From Bacteroidota bacterium (GTDB taxonomy: Bacteria > Bacteroidota > Bacteroidia > Flavobacteriales_F > PHOS-HE28), in NCBI GenBank assembly GCA_029573495.1, contig JAKQEI010000104.1, positions 15,078-79,077 on the forward strand: a stretch of 64,000 nt of DNA, read 5' to 3'. The notes beneath the pieces are model-generated. The model saw nothing but the letters and a program-made list of their open reading frames with translations, had not been told where the DNA came from and made no database searches. Shown here in pieces: positions 37,431 through 48,075 of this stretch. Every line of letters starts with the position of its first letter. Position 1 is the first letter of the stretch. The translations under genes and the position numbers were made by a program.

Positions 37431-38537
37431 ATGTCCTCCGGAACACACCCGCGGATCTTCGGGCTCGACCTCGTGCGCGCCCTCGCTGCGGTGATCGTGG
37501 TCTATTCCCATGCCGACGACCTGCTGGACGCGCACTGGCCACGGAACCCCGGCGCCTCCGCCATGGACGGTGTCGACCTCTTCTTCGTACTCAGCGGCTT
37601 CCTCATCGGCAACATTCTTATCCGGATGTCCCATGCGACCGAGGTGCCCTGGTGGCGTCGCCTGCTGGACTTCTGGCAACGACGCTGGTTGCGCACCCTG
37701 CCCAACTACTACCTCTTCCTGCTGATCAACATCGGCATGGTGCACCTGGGCTGGTCCATGGGCTTGTTGAACGTGAACACCTTGGCTTACTTCGTCTTCC
37801 TGCAGAATTTCATCATCCCGCTGGACCTCTTCTTCTGGGAGTCATGGTCATTGGCGGTGGAGGAGTGGTTCTACCTCCTGTTCCCGCTGTTGCTCGTAGT
37901 GCTTGCCTGGAGGCGGTCACCGAAGTGGGGCTTCCTCGTCTGCACCGGGATCATGATCATGGTCCCCATCCTGTTGCGCTATCCTGCGATGGACGGGGTC
38001 GGTACGCCGTTCATGCTCGACCTGCTCGTCCGGAAGATCGTGGTGCTCCGCTTCGATACGATCGGCTACGGCGTGCTGGTGGCCTGGCTCGTATTCCACG
38101 TGCCGAAGATCTTCTCCACACGCCGTGTGGAACTGTTCGTGCTCGGCGCACTGTTGCTTGCCATCGCCATCCTCCTGCGCGGAGAGAACAACCTGCTGTA
38201 CATGGGCACCCTGTTCCTCGTGCTTTCCGGCTCCGGTATGGCGCTCATGCTACCCTTCATGGCAGGCTGGCACAAGGTTGGACGTTGGGGAACGTTCATC
38301 ACTTTCCTGAGCCGGATATCCTATGCGCTCTACCTCGTGCATATGCCGGTTCGTTCGCTCTATCTCGAGTTGATGCCCGGTCGGTCGCTTGCGGTGAGCC
38401 TGATCCTGTACGCGGGGTATTGGATCATCAGCATCGCCCTCGCGGCAGTGGTCTACCGCTATTGGGAGCGCCCGTTCATGGCGCTGCGTGATGGCCTGTC
38501 CGAACGGATCCTGGAACCTGTCAGTCGCGCTTCTTGA
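37431..38537 (+). CDS. Acyltransferase family 3 (OafA-like membrane O-acyltransferase)
   Basis: GLDLVRALA, GVDLFFVLSGFLI, WSLAVEEWFY, ISYALYLVH, YWERP. Confidence 0.92.
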   Translation: MSSGTHPRIFGLDLVRALAAVIVVYSHADDLLDAHWPRNPGASAMDGVDLFFVLSGFLIGNILIRMSHATEVPWWRRLLDFWQRRWLRTLPNYYLFLLINIGMVHLGWSMGLLNVNTLAYFVFLQNFIIPLDLFFWESWSLAVEEWFYLLFPLLLVVLAWRRSPKWGFLVCTGIMIMVPILLRYPAMDGVGTPFMLDLLVRKIVVLRFDTIGYGVLVAWLVFHVPKIFSTRRVELFVLGALLLAIAILLRGENNLLYMGTLFLVLSGSGMALMLPFMAGWHKVGRWGTFITFLSRISYALYLVHMPVRSLYLELMPGRSLAVSLILYAGYWIISIALAAVVYRYWERPFMALRDGLSERILEPVSRAS

Positions 38538-40785
38538 ACAACCGATCGAAGATGTTGCGCCGTTCGGGATCATCCTGATCCCCCTCCTTTCGCTCCGGAC
38601 GCCCGAATGCCTCCTGGATCAAGCGTTCGAGGAAGTCCGGATACCGCTGTGGTTCGCAGTCCAGGTCGGGCTCGTGATCAGCCGGCCAGGAAAAGGGGAG
38701 GAGGTAGCGCTTCCGAAGGTCGGGTGCGCGTTCGATCCGCGCGAGCACCTTGCCGGCGATCGGCAGGGCCAGTTGTCCCCCCGTGCCGTTGGCGCTGCGG
38801 AAATGCACCGATGGGTCGAACGCGCCCACCCAGGTACCGATGACGAGTCCCGGTGTGTACGCGACGAACCAGGCATCTCCATAATCCTGCGAGGTCCCGG
38901 TCTTCCCCGCAAGTGGAGCTTTGATACCGAAGCGTGACCGCAACGCCGCTCCCGTACCCTGATCCACCGCCCGCTGCAACATGGCCGTGATGTCCGCGGC
39001 GACATCCGGCGAAAGGGCCCGTGTGGACTTCGGCTCCCTGGCGCGGTACAATTCACGGCCTTGGGCGTCGGTGATACGAGTGATGAACTGTGGCACCGTG
39101 ATCCTTCCTTGTTGAGCGAACGCACCAAAGGCCGGAACGATCTCACGCAAGGCGATGTCGACAGCGCCAAGTGCCATGGCGGGCTTGTCCACTTCCGAGG
39201 TCGGGAGCCCGAGCGCCGCCATCGTGCGGGCAAGGGTGTCCGTACCGGTCCGGAAGTAGAGGTCCACGGTGGGTCGGTTCATGCTCCTGGCAAGGGCGTA
39301 CCACATGGCCACCTGGCCACCCGTGGTGTCCTTGTCGAAGTTGTCCGGTGCCCAGTCATCGAATTCCGTGTAGGTCTTCCGGTCGTTGTCCAGGTAGGTG
39401 CAGGGATCTAGGCCACGCTCCAAGGCGGCGGCATACACCACCGGTTTGATCGTACTCGCAATGGGCCGCCGTGCGGTCACCAGGTCATAGGGGAGGTAAC
39501 GGTGGTCATTGCCACCCACCCACACGCGCACCGCTCCGCTGCCAGGCTCCATCATCAGCACGGCACCGTTCAGCAGCTTGTGATAGTGCCAGAGGCTGTC
39601 GCGGTAGCTGAGCGTATCGATGCGCCGCGCCTGGTGGTCGTACACCTCACATACGATGCGTTCCTTGCTTCGCCAGCGCGCACCCCCCCGCTTCGCCATG
39701 CCCTTTTCCCAGCGGGTGCGTGCCTTGACCGCACGCAGTTCAGCATCCAGCTTCGGTTGCATGGTGGTCAGGTGCTGGTGCACCGCGATGTGGGCCATGC
39801 GTTGCAGATCCGCGTCCAGGGTGGTGGTGATCCGCAGGCCGTCCTTGCGGATGTCGTAGTCCCCGCCACCGGCTTTGGCCAGGCCCTTGAGGATGGACCG
39901 TGCTTCCCGTTCAACGTGCTTCACGAAATAACCATGGATGTCCAGGGCGTCGCCACCTGTGTAGTTCAAGGTGAGCGGCAGGGCTCGTAAACTGTCCACC
40001 ATGCGTCGATCCAGGTCGCCGTGCTTGAGCATCTGTTCGAAGACCTGGTCGCGCCGGCCTTTCGAATCCTGTGGATGCAATCGTGGGTTGTACTTCGTGT
40101 TGGCCTTCAGCATGCCCACGAGCACAGCGCTTTCCTGCACCAGCAGCTTGCGCGCCGATTTCCCGAAGTAGCGTTGTGCGGCCGCCTCCACACCGAAGGT
40201 GTTCTCCCCGAAGGGAACGGAGTTCAGGTAGAGCAGGAGCACATCCTCCTTCTTCAACACCCGCTCCAGGCGTTGTGCCACGAGCGCCTCCTTCATCTTG
40301 TTCACCGGTATGGTGAGCAGCCCATGACGTTCGCGCCCGTAGAGGTTCTTGATGATCTGCTGGGAGATGGTGCTACCCCCGCCACCGCTCCGATCGCGGC
40401 CAAGCAGTGTGCGGAAGAAGACCCGGATGTAGCTGCGCCCGTCCACTCCCTGGTGACTGAAGAAACGGGCATCCTCCGTGGCGACCAGTGCGTTCACCAG
40501 ATGCTTCGGAAGGTCCTTGTAGGTCACGTTGGTCCTGTCCTCGGCGAACAGTTTGCCAATGAGCTCCCCGTCCCTGTCCAGTACCAGCGTCGCCTGCTCA
40601 TGCTGGATGGAGGAAAGCTCCTCTTCCGTTGGCAGGTCGCCGAAGATCCCGCTGCGGACCAGCTGCATCAAGCCGAAGAAGGCGACCAACATGAGCGCAA
40701 GCAGCGTCAGCAATAGCCTTCCCCATGGGACCCCTTGCCGGGACCTGGCTCCTTTCTTCTTCGCCGGTCTTCGTTTCGCCGCCAT
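38521..40785 (-). CDS. Class A penicillin-binding protein (transglycosylase/transpeptidase)
   Basis: EDARFFSHQG, GGSTISQQ, SxxK (STIK), SxN (SMN), KTGT. Confidence 0.95.
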   Translation of the reverse strand: MAAKRRPAKKKGARSRQGVPWGRLLLTLLALMLVAFFGLMQLVRSGIFGDLPTEEELSSIQHEQATLVLDRDGELIGKLFAEDRTNVTYKDLPKHLVNALVATEDARFFSHQGVDGRSYIRVFFRTLLGRDRSGGGGSTISQQIIKNLYGRERHGLLTIPVNKMKEALVAQRLERVLKKEDVLLLYLNSVPFGENTFGVEAAAQRYFGKSARKLLVQESAVLVGMLKANTKYNPRLHPQDSKGRRDQVFEQMLKHGDLDRRMVDSLRALPLTLNYTGGDALDIHGYFVKHVEREARSILKGLAKAGGGDYDIRKDGLRITTTLDADLQRMAHIAVHQHLTTMQPKLDAELRAVKARTRWEKGMAKRGGARWRSKERIVCEVYDHQARRIDTLSYRDSLWHYHKLLNGAVLMMEPGSGAVRVWVGGNDHRYLPYDLVTARRPIASTIKPVVYAAALERGLDPCTYLDNDRKTYTEFDDWAPDNFDKDTTGGQVAMWYALARSMNRPTVDLYFRTGTDTLARTMAALGLPTSEVDKPAMALGAVDIALREIVPAFGAFAQQGRITVPQFITRITDAQGRELYRAREPKSTRALSPDVAADITAMLQRAVDQGTGAALRSRFGIKAPLAGKTGTSQDYGDAWFVAYTPGLVIGTWVGAFDPSVHFRSANGTGGQLALPIAGKVLARIERAPDLRKRYLLPFSWPADHEPDLDCEPQRYPDFLERLIQEAFGRPERKEGDQDDPERRNIFDRLFKKRD

Positions 40786-40832
40786 CCGATGCTCCTAACG
40801 CACGGACCAACGGGATCCGTTCAGGTCCGCGC

Positions 40833-42056
40833 TCATTCCTCCTCGTAGCTGTCCTTGAACAACAGGTCGCTCTCGTACGGATAACGCGCTGTGTGAATGG
40901 CCTTCACCCGTTCATAGAGGAGTTTGCGCAAGCCATCGATGTTGATACGCTCCGCCGCACTGATGAAGATGACGTCCTCGCCGTTCATCCTTGCCATCCA
41001 GGTGGCCTTCAGTTCCTCCAGGGAATATTGGTCCTCACGTTTCGGCGCCAGGTCATCCGGGTCGTGCTCCGCCGGGCGGTACGCATCGATCTTATTGAAG
41101 ACAAGGATCACCGGCTTGCCCCCTGCGCCGATCTCATTCAGCGTCTGGCGTACGGTCTCGTATTGTTCCTCGAAGTTGTGATGGCTGATGTCAACCACGT
41201 GCAGCAACAGGTCCGCCTCACGGGTCTCATCAAGCGTGCTCTTGAAGCTCTCGATGAGCTGCGTGGGCAGCTTGCGGATGAAGCCCACCGTATCGCTCAT
41301 CAGGAAGGGCAGGTTGCCCAGTACGATCTTGCGCACGGTGGTGTCCAAGGTGGCGAAGAGCTTGTTCTCCGCGAACACCTCTGTCTTGCTCATCAACGTC
41401 ATGAGCGTGCTCTTGCCCACGTTGGTGTAACCCACCACCGCCACGCGCACCAGCTTGCCGCGGTTGCCGCGTTGGGTGGCCATCTGCTTGTCGATCTGTT
41501 TGAGCTGTCCCTTCAACAGGGCGATGCGGTCGCGGATCAACCGTCTGTCGGTCTCGATCTCCTTCTCACCCGCTCCACCACGTGTGCCGGTACCTCCGCG
41601 CTGGCGCTCCAAGTGGGTCCAGAGCTTGGTAAGGCGGGGGAGCATGTACTCGTACTGGGCGAGTTCCACTTGCGTCTTGGCATGGGCGGTGCGCGCCCGT
41701 CGTGCGAAGATGTCCAGGATCAGCCGGGGCCTGTCCAGGACCGGTGTGCCCAGCTCCTTCTCCAGGTTGCGCTGTTGGGCCGGGGTCAGTTCATCGTCGA
41801 AGATGACCGAATCAGCGCCGTTCTCCTGCATCCAGGATCTCACCTCGGCAAGCTTGCCGCTGCCGATATAGGTGCGGCCGTCAGGCTTGTGCAGCTTCTG
41901 GGTGAAACGCTTCAAGGTGCTGATGTCCGCCGTGGTGGCCAGGAACTCCAATTCGTCCAGGTACTCCTTCACCTGGTCCGCATCCTGCTGGTCGGTGATC
42001 AAGCCGATCAGGACGGCGCTCTCCGCCTTGTTCCTGAGTTCCGCCGGGTCGATCAT
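40833..42056 (-). CDS. hflX: GTPase HflX
   Basis: LILDIFARRA, QVELAQ, GYTNVGKST, LFATLDTT, DTVGFI, NKID. Confidence 0.97.
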   Translation of the reverse strand: MIDPAELRNKAESAVLIGLITDQQDADQVKEYLDELEFLATTADISTLKRFTQKLHKPDGRTYIGSGKLAEVRSWMQENGADSVIFDDELTPAQQRNLEKELGTPVLDRPRLILDIFARRARTAHAKTQVELAQYEYMLPRLTKLWTHLERQRGGTGTRGGAGEKEIETDRRLIRDRIALLKGQLKQIDKQMATQRGNRGKLVRVAVVGYTNVGKSTLMTLMSKTEVFAENKLFATLDTTVRKIVLGNLPFLMSDTVGFIRKLPTQLIESFKSTLDETREADLLLHVVDISHHNFEEQYETVRQTLNEIGAGGKPVILVFNKIDAYRPAEHDPDDLAPKREDQYSLEELKATWMARMNGEDVIFISAAERINIDGLRKLLYERVKAIHTARYPYESDLLFKDSYEEE

Positions 42057-42382
42057 TTCGCACCGCCCAACGTGCGGATGTAGGCCACCACCGCCTCGAT
42101 CTCCTTGGCGGAAAGCACCTGCTTGTACGGAGCCATGGCCCCCTTCCCGTTCTTGACGATGGCCATCATCTCCTCTGCCGTCAACGTGGATACGGTCAGG
42201 TCCTTCGCACCATTGAGGCCAGCCTTCCCATCCCGGCCGTGGCACAGGGTGCAGTTCATGTTGAAGACGGCCTTGCCGGGTGAACCCTTCACGGCCATGC
42301 GGTCCTCACCTGTTCCACTCGCGCTGCCGCAGGCGAGCATGAGCAGGGCGATGCCCCAGGGAAGGATGAACGAACGTCTCAT
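42053..42382 (-). CDS. Monoheme cytochrome c lipoprotein
   Basis: Lipobox MLA-C, CTLCH heme motif, distal Met in GKGAMAPY. Confidence 0.9.
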   Translation of the reverse strand: MRRSFILPWGIALLMLACGSASGTGEDRMAVKGSPGKAVFNMNCTLCHGRDGKAGLNGAKDLTVSTLTAEEMMAIVKNGKGAMAPYKQVLSAKEIEAVVAYIRTLGGAK

Positions 42383-42819
42383 AGCCAGGAACGACCATGA
42401 CCAAGCTCGGTGAACGGCCAGGGTATGGCCCAGAGCATCAATGCCAGGGCGATGAGGTAGAAGATGGCGATGCGCTTCTGCTTCACTTGTTCATCCTGCG
42501 CACGTTTGGCCGTGGAGCGACCGATCGTGACGAGGGCGATGGCGATGACCATGGTCCCGATGTGCTCCATCTTCCAAAAGCGGCCCTCCGGACCCTGCAT
42601 CATCGCGTAAAGCTTGAAGTTCATCAGGTAGAGGATGAGCCCGATCACCAGTTGAACATGGCTGAGGACCATCGCCACGATGGACAGCGCACGCTCATAC
42701 GTCAGTATCGGCCGTTTGAATAGGAGCCCACGGAGATGCGCCAGCCCCGCCCAGGCCACGGTAATGAGCACTCCGTAGCGGATGAGGCTGTGTGCGAAGA
42801 CGAGGAACGGATTATCCAT
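42379..42819 (-). CDS. Four-TM membrane protein with His residues (cytochrome b-like hypothetical)
   Basis: HSLIRY, HVQLVIGLILY, EHIGTM, IPWPF; TACATTTG box upstream. Confidence 0.75.
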   Translation of the reverse strand: MDNPFLVFAHSLIRYGVLITVAWAGLAHLRGLLFKRPILTYERALSIVAMVLSHVQLVIGLILYLMNFKLYAMMQGPEGRFWKMEHIGTMVIAIALVTIGRSTAKRAQDEQVKQKRIAIFYLIALALMLWAIPWPFTELGHGRSWL

Positions 42820-42859
42820 AGGAGCAGGGAGAATGGACGCCAAATGTAGGCGCCTTGCC

Positions 42860-43837
42860 TCATGCCGGGCCATAGCCCAGGCGTGCCCGCACCCGATCAA
42901 GGACCGCGGTGGCCACCGCCGTGGCCTTTTCAGCACCGATACGCAACTGCGCGTCCAGCTCCCCGCGATCAGCCATGAGCTCAGCGAACCGGGCGCGCTG
43001 TGTGGAATAGCCGTCGAGCAGGGCTGAGAGTAGCTCCTTCTTGGCGTGTCCGTAACCGTACCCACCGCGCTCGTAGTTCTCGCGCATGCGCTGCGCGGCT
43101 TCCGGTGGTGCCACCAGCTTGTAGATGGCGAAGATCTTGTCCTTGTCCGGGTCCTTCGGTGACTCCAGCGGGGTGCTGTCGGTAACGATGCCCATCACCT
43201 GCTGCTTCAATTCCTTCTCCGGTGCGAAGAGCTGGATCGTGTTCCCCCGGCTCTTGCTCATCTTCTCGCCATCCGTGCCCGGTACGATCATCACCTCCTG
43301 GTCCACCCTTGCCGTGGGTACCACGAAGGTCTCGCCCATGTGATGGTTGAAGCGCTCGGCCACATCCCGAGCCATCTCCAGGTGTTGCAACTGGTCCTTG
43401 CCCACCGGTACCTGGTGTACATCGTAGAGCAGGATGTCCGCAGCCATGAGCATGGGGTAGACGAAGAGCCCCCCATTGACGTCCTCGAGCCGATCGGCCT
43501 TGTCCTTGAAGCTGTGTGCCAGGGCCAGTCTGGAATACGGGAAGAAGCAGCTCAGATACCAGGTCAGCTCAGTCACCATGGGCACATCGCTCTGGCGGTA
43601 GAACACGGTGCGGGCAGGGTCCAGTCCGCAAGCCAGCCAGGCCGCCGCCACGCCATAGGTGTTCTCGCGCAGCACCGCCGGATCCTTGATCTGCGTGAGG
43701 CTGTGGAGGTCGGCGATGAAGAGGTAGGATTCGTTCCGGTCGTCGCGGCTCAGGGCGATGGCCGGCGCGATGGCTCCCAGTATGTTGCCGAGGTGCGGGA
43801 CCCCGGTGCTCTGGATGCCGGTGAGGATGCGTGCCAT
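42860..43837 (-). CDS. trpS: Tryptophan--tRNA ligase
   Basis: TGIQSTGVPHLGN, YPMLMAADIL, VPVGKDQLQH, KMSKS. Confidence 0.98.
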   Translation of the reverse strand: MARILTGIQSTGVPHLGNILGAIAPAIALSRDDRNESYLFIADLHSLTQIKDPAVLRENTYGVAAAWLACGLDPARTVFYRQSDVPMVTELTWYLSCFFPYSRLALAHSFKDKADRLEDVNGGLFVYPMLMAADILLYDVHQVPVGKDQLQHLEMARDVAERFNHHMGETFVVPTARVDQEVMIVPGTDGEKMSKSRGNTIQLFAPEKELKQQVMGIVTDSTPLESPKDPDKDKIFAIYKLVAPPEAAQRMRENYERGGYGYGHAKKELLSALLDGYSTQRARFAELMADRGELDAQLRIGAEKATAVATAVLDRVRARLGYGPA

Positions 43838-43910
43838 GGGGCCGCGAAGTTAGCCGGACCCGCTCCTCCCGCCGGGCGGCCTCCTCGCGAGTAAATTCGC
43901 CCCCCTTTCC

Positions 43911-44720
43911 ATGGCCGGAGCTGAAGCCACGATCACCGAACGTACACGCGTTGTCCCAGGCGAGGACCGGCGCTCGGTCGTGCTCAAGTGGCTCTTCCTG
44001 CCGTTGCGCTGGCTCTACAAGCTCTACTTCGCGGTTGTCTTCTTCGGCTCCCTGGTGCTGCTGTACATCCCATTCCGCGTACTGCTCTTCCGACCGCATC
44101 GTTACCAGCGTGCCTTCCGGTTGAAAAGGGCATGGGCCTTCTTCCTGCAATGTGCGTTGGGCATCCCCCTTCGGGTCGAACGGAAGGGAAGGCTTCCGGT
44201 TGCACCCTATATCATCTGCTGCAACCACAGCAGCTACCTGGACATCATCCAGATGTACAACGTGGTGCCGACCTATTTCCTGTTCATGGGCAAGTACGAA
44301 CTGCTACGCTGGCCGCTGTTCAACATCTTCTTCAAGGGGATGAACATCGCTGTGAACAGGGGGGATCGTGTCGAAGCCGCCAAAGCCTTTCGCAAGGCGG
44401 CAGAGACCCTGGACCGTGGGGTGAGCCTTGCGCTCTTCCCGGAAGGGACCATCCCGAACTACACCCCGCGCATGAAGCCCTTCAAGGATGGCGCGTTCAG
44501 GCTGGCCATTGAGAAGCAGGTGCCCATCGTGCCGATCACATTCCTGGATCATTGGCGGCTGTTCGGAGAGCCGGCCGAGCTTTTGAGCCGCGCCAGGCCG
44601 GGTCTCGCCCGCGCCGTGTTGCACGACGCCGTCCCCACGGCCGGTCTCACCATGGATGATCTGGTAGCTTTGCGGGATCGCGTCTACCGCACCATCGAAG
44701 AACCGCTGCTTCGAACATGA
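43911..44720 (+). CDS. plsC: 1-acyl-sn-glycerol-3-phosphate acyltransferase family protein
   Basis: NHSSYLD (HX4D), FPEGT, FKDGAF, PIVP. Confidence 0.88.
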   Translation: MAGAEATITERTRVVPGEDRRSVVLKWLFLPLRWLYKLYFAVVFFGSLVLLYIPFRVLLFRPHRYQRAFRLKRAWAFFLQCALGIPLRVERKGRLPVAPYIICCNHSSYLDIIQMYNVVPTYFLFMGKYELLRWPLFNIFFKGMNIAVNRGDRVEAAKAFRKAAETLDRGVSLALFPEGTIPNYTPRMKPFKDGAFRLAIEKQVPIVPITFLDHWRLFGEPAELLSRARPGLARAVLHDAVPTAGLTMDDLVALRDRVYRTIEEPLLRT

Positions 44721-45013
44721 GGATCACCGAAGAGACACTCGACCGCATCGCGGAGCTGGCCCGCCTGGACGTGAGCGACCCGGCGACCCGGGCCAACCTG
44801 CTCGCTGATATGCAACGCGTGTTCGACTTCGTGGAGAAGCTGAACGAGGTGGACACGAAAGGAGTGGAGCCCCTGATCTTCATGACGGATGAGGCCGACG
44901 TGCTCCGTGAGGACGTGGCCTCCGTGGAGATCACCAAGCAGGAGGCCCTGGCCAATGCACCGGTGAAGGACAGTGACTACTTCAAGGTGCCACGCGTGGT
45001 GGACAAGGGCTGA
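44717..45013 (+). CDS. gatC: Asp-tRNA(Asn)/Glu-tRNA(Gln) amidotransferase subunit C
   Basis: IAELARL, EVDTKGVEPL, LRED, ANAP...YFKVPRV. Confidence 0.95.
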   Translation: MRITEETLDRIAELARLDVSDPATRANLLADMQRVFDFVEKLNEVDTKGVEPLIFMTDEADVLREDVASVEITKQEALANAPVKDSDYFKVPRVVDKG

Positions 45014-45042
45014 GCCTGCGGATCCCCCGACCCAATGTTGAC

Positions 45043-45069
45043 GAACTTTCATCCGGAAGGAGCGTAGAA
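45043..45069 (+). promoter_or_regulatory. Putative ECF sigma promoter
   Basis: GAAC-N16-CGTA; similar to 11538-11564. Confidence 0.45.
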
Positions 45070-45130
45070 CGCCATCGCGAGCACAATTTCGTCGCTCCGG
45101 ACCCGGAACGTAAACAGGCGATCACATCCC

Positions 45131-46060
45131 ATGCGATCCTTCATCTCCCGCTATCCCGTTCTCACACTGGCCGTGATCGTGCTGTCCATCCAATTCGGCA
45201 TCGTTCTTATAGCTGCATCGCTCATGCCTGAGGGCAAGCGTCTGCATGAATCCCCTGAAGCCCACATGATCTTCCGCTTCCGGGTGTTCTGGCCCTTGGT
45301 GTTCGCTGTGCTGATCACCTATTACCTGGAAGGTAAACAAGGTCTGTACAAGCTGTTCGGTGCCTACCGCATCTGGCGTGTGCCGGGTAAGTGGTGGGCT
45401 TTCGCCGCATCCTGGAAATTCCTTTTCTGCTACCTCGGCTGGGCCATCGCTGATCTTGCCGGCTGGCTGCCCTGGCCAGGCGCCGCACAGCCCATGTTCT
45501 CCGAAGGACCGAACGGCGAGCGCATGCACATCATCAACCTCCTGTTCGGCATGCCCTTCATCATCGGTATCGCACTGGTGGAGGAGACCACCTGGATGAA
45601 ATATTGCGCCACCCGTTTGCAGGACAAGTACAGTGCGTTCGTCTCATGCACCCTCACCGGTGTGATCTGGGGCCTGTGGTACCTGCCCATGCTGCTTCTC
45701 GGCGAAGGCGTTCCCGATGGCATCCCCTGGTACTTCTTCCTGCTCAGCATGATCGGCCTGGCCATCCTGCTGGGTTGGGTGTACAACATGACCCATAGTG
45801 GATTGATCCTTCTGATCATGCAGTTGGTGAGCAACATCGCCTTCTACATCATGCCAGCCCTGCCCGTAGCCCATGATGGGGACCCCAGTTGGGTGATGGT
45901 CTTCGTGTGGGTGGAGGTGGCCATCGCCGCTTTCGTGGTGATACGATACGGTCCCAAGGACATGGGCCTGGGACCACGTCCCACCTGGACGGACCCCAAG
46001 ATCCCGGACTGGAACCCCTCGCGGAAGAAGCAGGGTGACCAACAGCTGGCTGCGGCCTGA
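45131..46060 (+). CDS. CPBP (Rce1/Abi) family membrane protein with degenerate catalytic motifs
   Basis: EETTWMKY...RLQ, IWGLWYLP, GWVYNMT.S, MQLVSN; about 8 TM helices. Confidence 0.75.
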   Translation: MRSFISRYPVLTLAVIVLSIQFGIVLIAASLMPEGKRLHESPEAHMIFRFRVFWPLVFAVLITYYLEGKQGLYKLFGAYRIWRVPGKWWAFAASWKFLFCYLGWAIADLAGWLPWPGAAQPMFSEGPNGERMHIINLLFGMPFIIGIALVEETTWMKYCATRLQDKYSAFVSCTLTGVIWGLWYLPMLLLGEGVPDGIPWYFFLLSMIGLAILLGWVYNMTHSGLILLIMQLVSNIAFYIMPALPVAHDGDPSWVMVFVWVEVAIAAFVVIRYGPKDMGLGPRPTWTDPKIPDWNPSRKKQGDQQLAAA

Positions 46061-46072
46061 TCCAACGATCCT

Positions 46073-46816
46073 ATGGACAACGCTTTCATCGCCACCACCT
46101 TCGACTGGGACCATCGCACGCCGAAGGACTGGCAGCGGTTCACCAACAAGCTGCTGCGCAAGCTCCGGATAGGCGCGCAACTGACGCCGGTACCCGGGAA
46201 CATGGCCAACGTGGAGGCCCGGATGAACCTCTTCCACCTCCTGGAACAGACCGTGGCCAACAAAGTGCCCGGCGATGTGGTGGACGTGGGTTGCAACGCG
46301 GGGGACAGCACCATCGTCATGCAACGGGTGATCTCCGAACTCGCCCCGGAGAAACAGGTGCACGCCTACGACAGCTTCGAGGGCCTGCCCGAACTGACCG
46401 CGAACGACAGCAAGGACGGCGTATACGAGAAGGGATACATGGCGGCGGGCCTCGAGCTGTTCACGAAGAAGTTCAATGCGCTCGGCCTGAAGCTGCCTCA
46501 TACGCACAAGGGCTGGTTCGAGGCTACGATCCCATCCCAGCTGCCCGATCGCATCAGCTTCGCGCTGATCGATGGCGACCTCTACGAATCCACGAAACAT
46601 GTCCTGCCCCACCTCTATGAGCGCATGGCCCCGGGTGCCATCGGGATGATCGCGGTGTACTACGATGAGGCGATCTACCAGCGCAAGGGACTTCCCGGTG
46701 GGTACAGGTCACCCGGCGTGAAGCGTGCAACCGACGAGTTCTTCCGGGACAAGCCGGAAAAGGTGTCGCTGCTATACGCCAACGAGTATTCGAACGGGTA
46801 CTTCCGGAAGCTGTAG
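46073..46816 (+). CDS. TylF/MycF/NovP-type O-methyltransferase
   Basis: [50 protein letters not shown]. Confidence 0.88.
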   Translation: MDNAFIATTFDWDHRTPKDWQRFTNKLLRKLRIGAQLTPVPGNMANVEARMNLFHLLEQTVANKVPGDVVDVGCNAGDSTIVMQRVISELAPEKQVHAYDSFEGLPELTANDSKDGVYEKGYMAAGLELFTKKFNALGLKLPHTHKGWFEATIPSQLPDRISFALIDGDLYESTKHVLPHLYERMAPGAIGMIAVYYDEAIYQRKGLPGGYRSPGVKRATDEFFRDKPEKVSLLYANEYSNGYFRKL

Positions 46817-46881
46817 CCCACCCCTTGCGTTGTCCTCCGGTCAGCGGCCACGGCTCGTTCCTGCTTCGCACCTTTGCCTCC

Positions 46882-48075
46882 ATGTACGGAAGCATCAAGG
46901 AGCACCTGGGCAATGAACTGAAGTCCATCGAAGAGGCGGGCCTCTTCAAACGTGAACGCATCATCACCAGCGAGCAGGGCGCGGAGATCACCGTGAACGG
47001 CCGGAAGGTGTTGAACTTCTGCGCCAACAATTACCTCGGCCTGTCCTCACACCCCGAGGTGATCAGAGCCGCGCATGCCACGCTCGATTCCCATGGCTAC
47101 GGGATGAGCAGTGTACGCTTCATCTGCGGCACCCAGGACATCCACAAGGAGCTCGAGGCGAAGCTCTCCGCGTTCCACTCCCTGGATGATACCATCCTGT
47201 ACGCGGCCTGTTTCGATGCCAATGGAGGTGTGTTCGAGCCACTGCTGACCGAGCTGGACGCCATCATCAGCGACTCGCTGAACCATGCGAGCATCATTGA
47301 CGGGGTCCGCCTGTGCAAGGCCATGCGCTACCGCTATGCGAACAACGACATGGCCGATCTGGAACTACAGCTCCAGACCGCACACAAGGATGGCGCCCGC
47401 CACATCCTCATCGTCACCGACGGTGTCTTCAGCATGGACGGCATCGTGGCCGACCTCAAGGGGGTCTGCGACCTGGCTGACAAGTATGAAGCCCTTGTGA
47501 TGGTGGACGAATGCCATGCCGCCGGTTTCATCGGGAAGACCGGTCGTGGCAGTGTGGAGCATTGCGGGGTCACCGGAAGGGTGGATATCATCACCGGCAC
47601 CCTGGGCAAGGCGTTGGGCGGAGCTATGGGGGGCTACACCAGCGCCCGCAAGGAGATCGTGGAATTGTTGCGCCAACGCAGCCGTCCTTATCTCTTCAGT
47701 AATTCGCTCGCACCTTCCATCGTGGGTGCTTCCATCCGCGTGATCGACCTGTTGAGCAGCACGACCGAACTCCGCGATCGATTGGAGGCGAACGTTGATC
47801 GTTTCCGCACCGGGATCGAAGCCCTCGGTTTCAAGACGCGTGGGGCCGGAGCCGCCATCGTGCCGGTGATGCTGGGTGATGCGCGCATGAGCCAGGTGAT
47901 GGCCGATCGGTTGCTGGAGGAGGGCATCTACGTCATCGGCTTCTTCTATCCAGTGGTGCCCAAGGACACGGCGCGCATCCGGGTCCAGCTCAGCGCAGCC
48001 CACACCGATGCCCACATCGATCACGCGCTGGCCGCGTTCGGGAAGGTGGGCAGGGAGCTGGGTGTGATCCCTTGA
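46882..48075 (+). CDS. kbl: Glycine C-acetyltransferase (2-amino-3-ketobutyrate CoA ligase)
   Basis: [59 protein letters not shown]. Confidence 0.96.
   Translation: MYGSIKEHLGNELKSIEEAGLFKRERIITSEQGAEITVNGRKVLNFCANNYLGLSSHPEVIRAAHATLDSHGYGMSSVRFICGTQDIHKELEAKLSAFHSLDDTILYAACFDANGGVFEPLLTELDAIISDSLNHASIIDGVRLCKAMRYRYANNDMADLELQLQTAHKDGARHILIVTDGVFSMDGIVADLKGVCDLADKYEALVMVDECHAAGFIGKTGRGSVEHCGVTGRVDIITGTLGKALGGAMGGYTSARKEIVELLRQRSRPYLFSNSLAPSIVGASIRVIDLLSSTTELRDRLEANVDRFRTGIEALGFKTRGAGAAIVPVMLGDARMSQVMADRLLEEGIYVIGFFYPVVPKDTARIRVQLSAAHTDAHIDHALAAFGKVGRELGVIP

Noticed and set aside
44717-45013. gatC without adjacent gatA/gatB
   Set aside because: Dispersed gat genes are ordinary, and the partners may lie outside this window.
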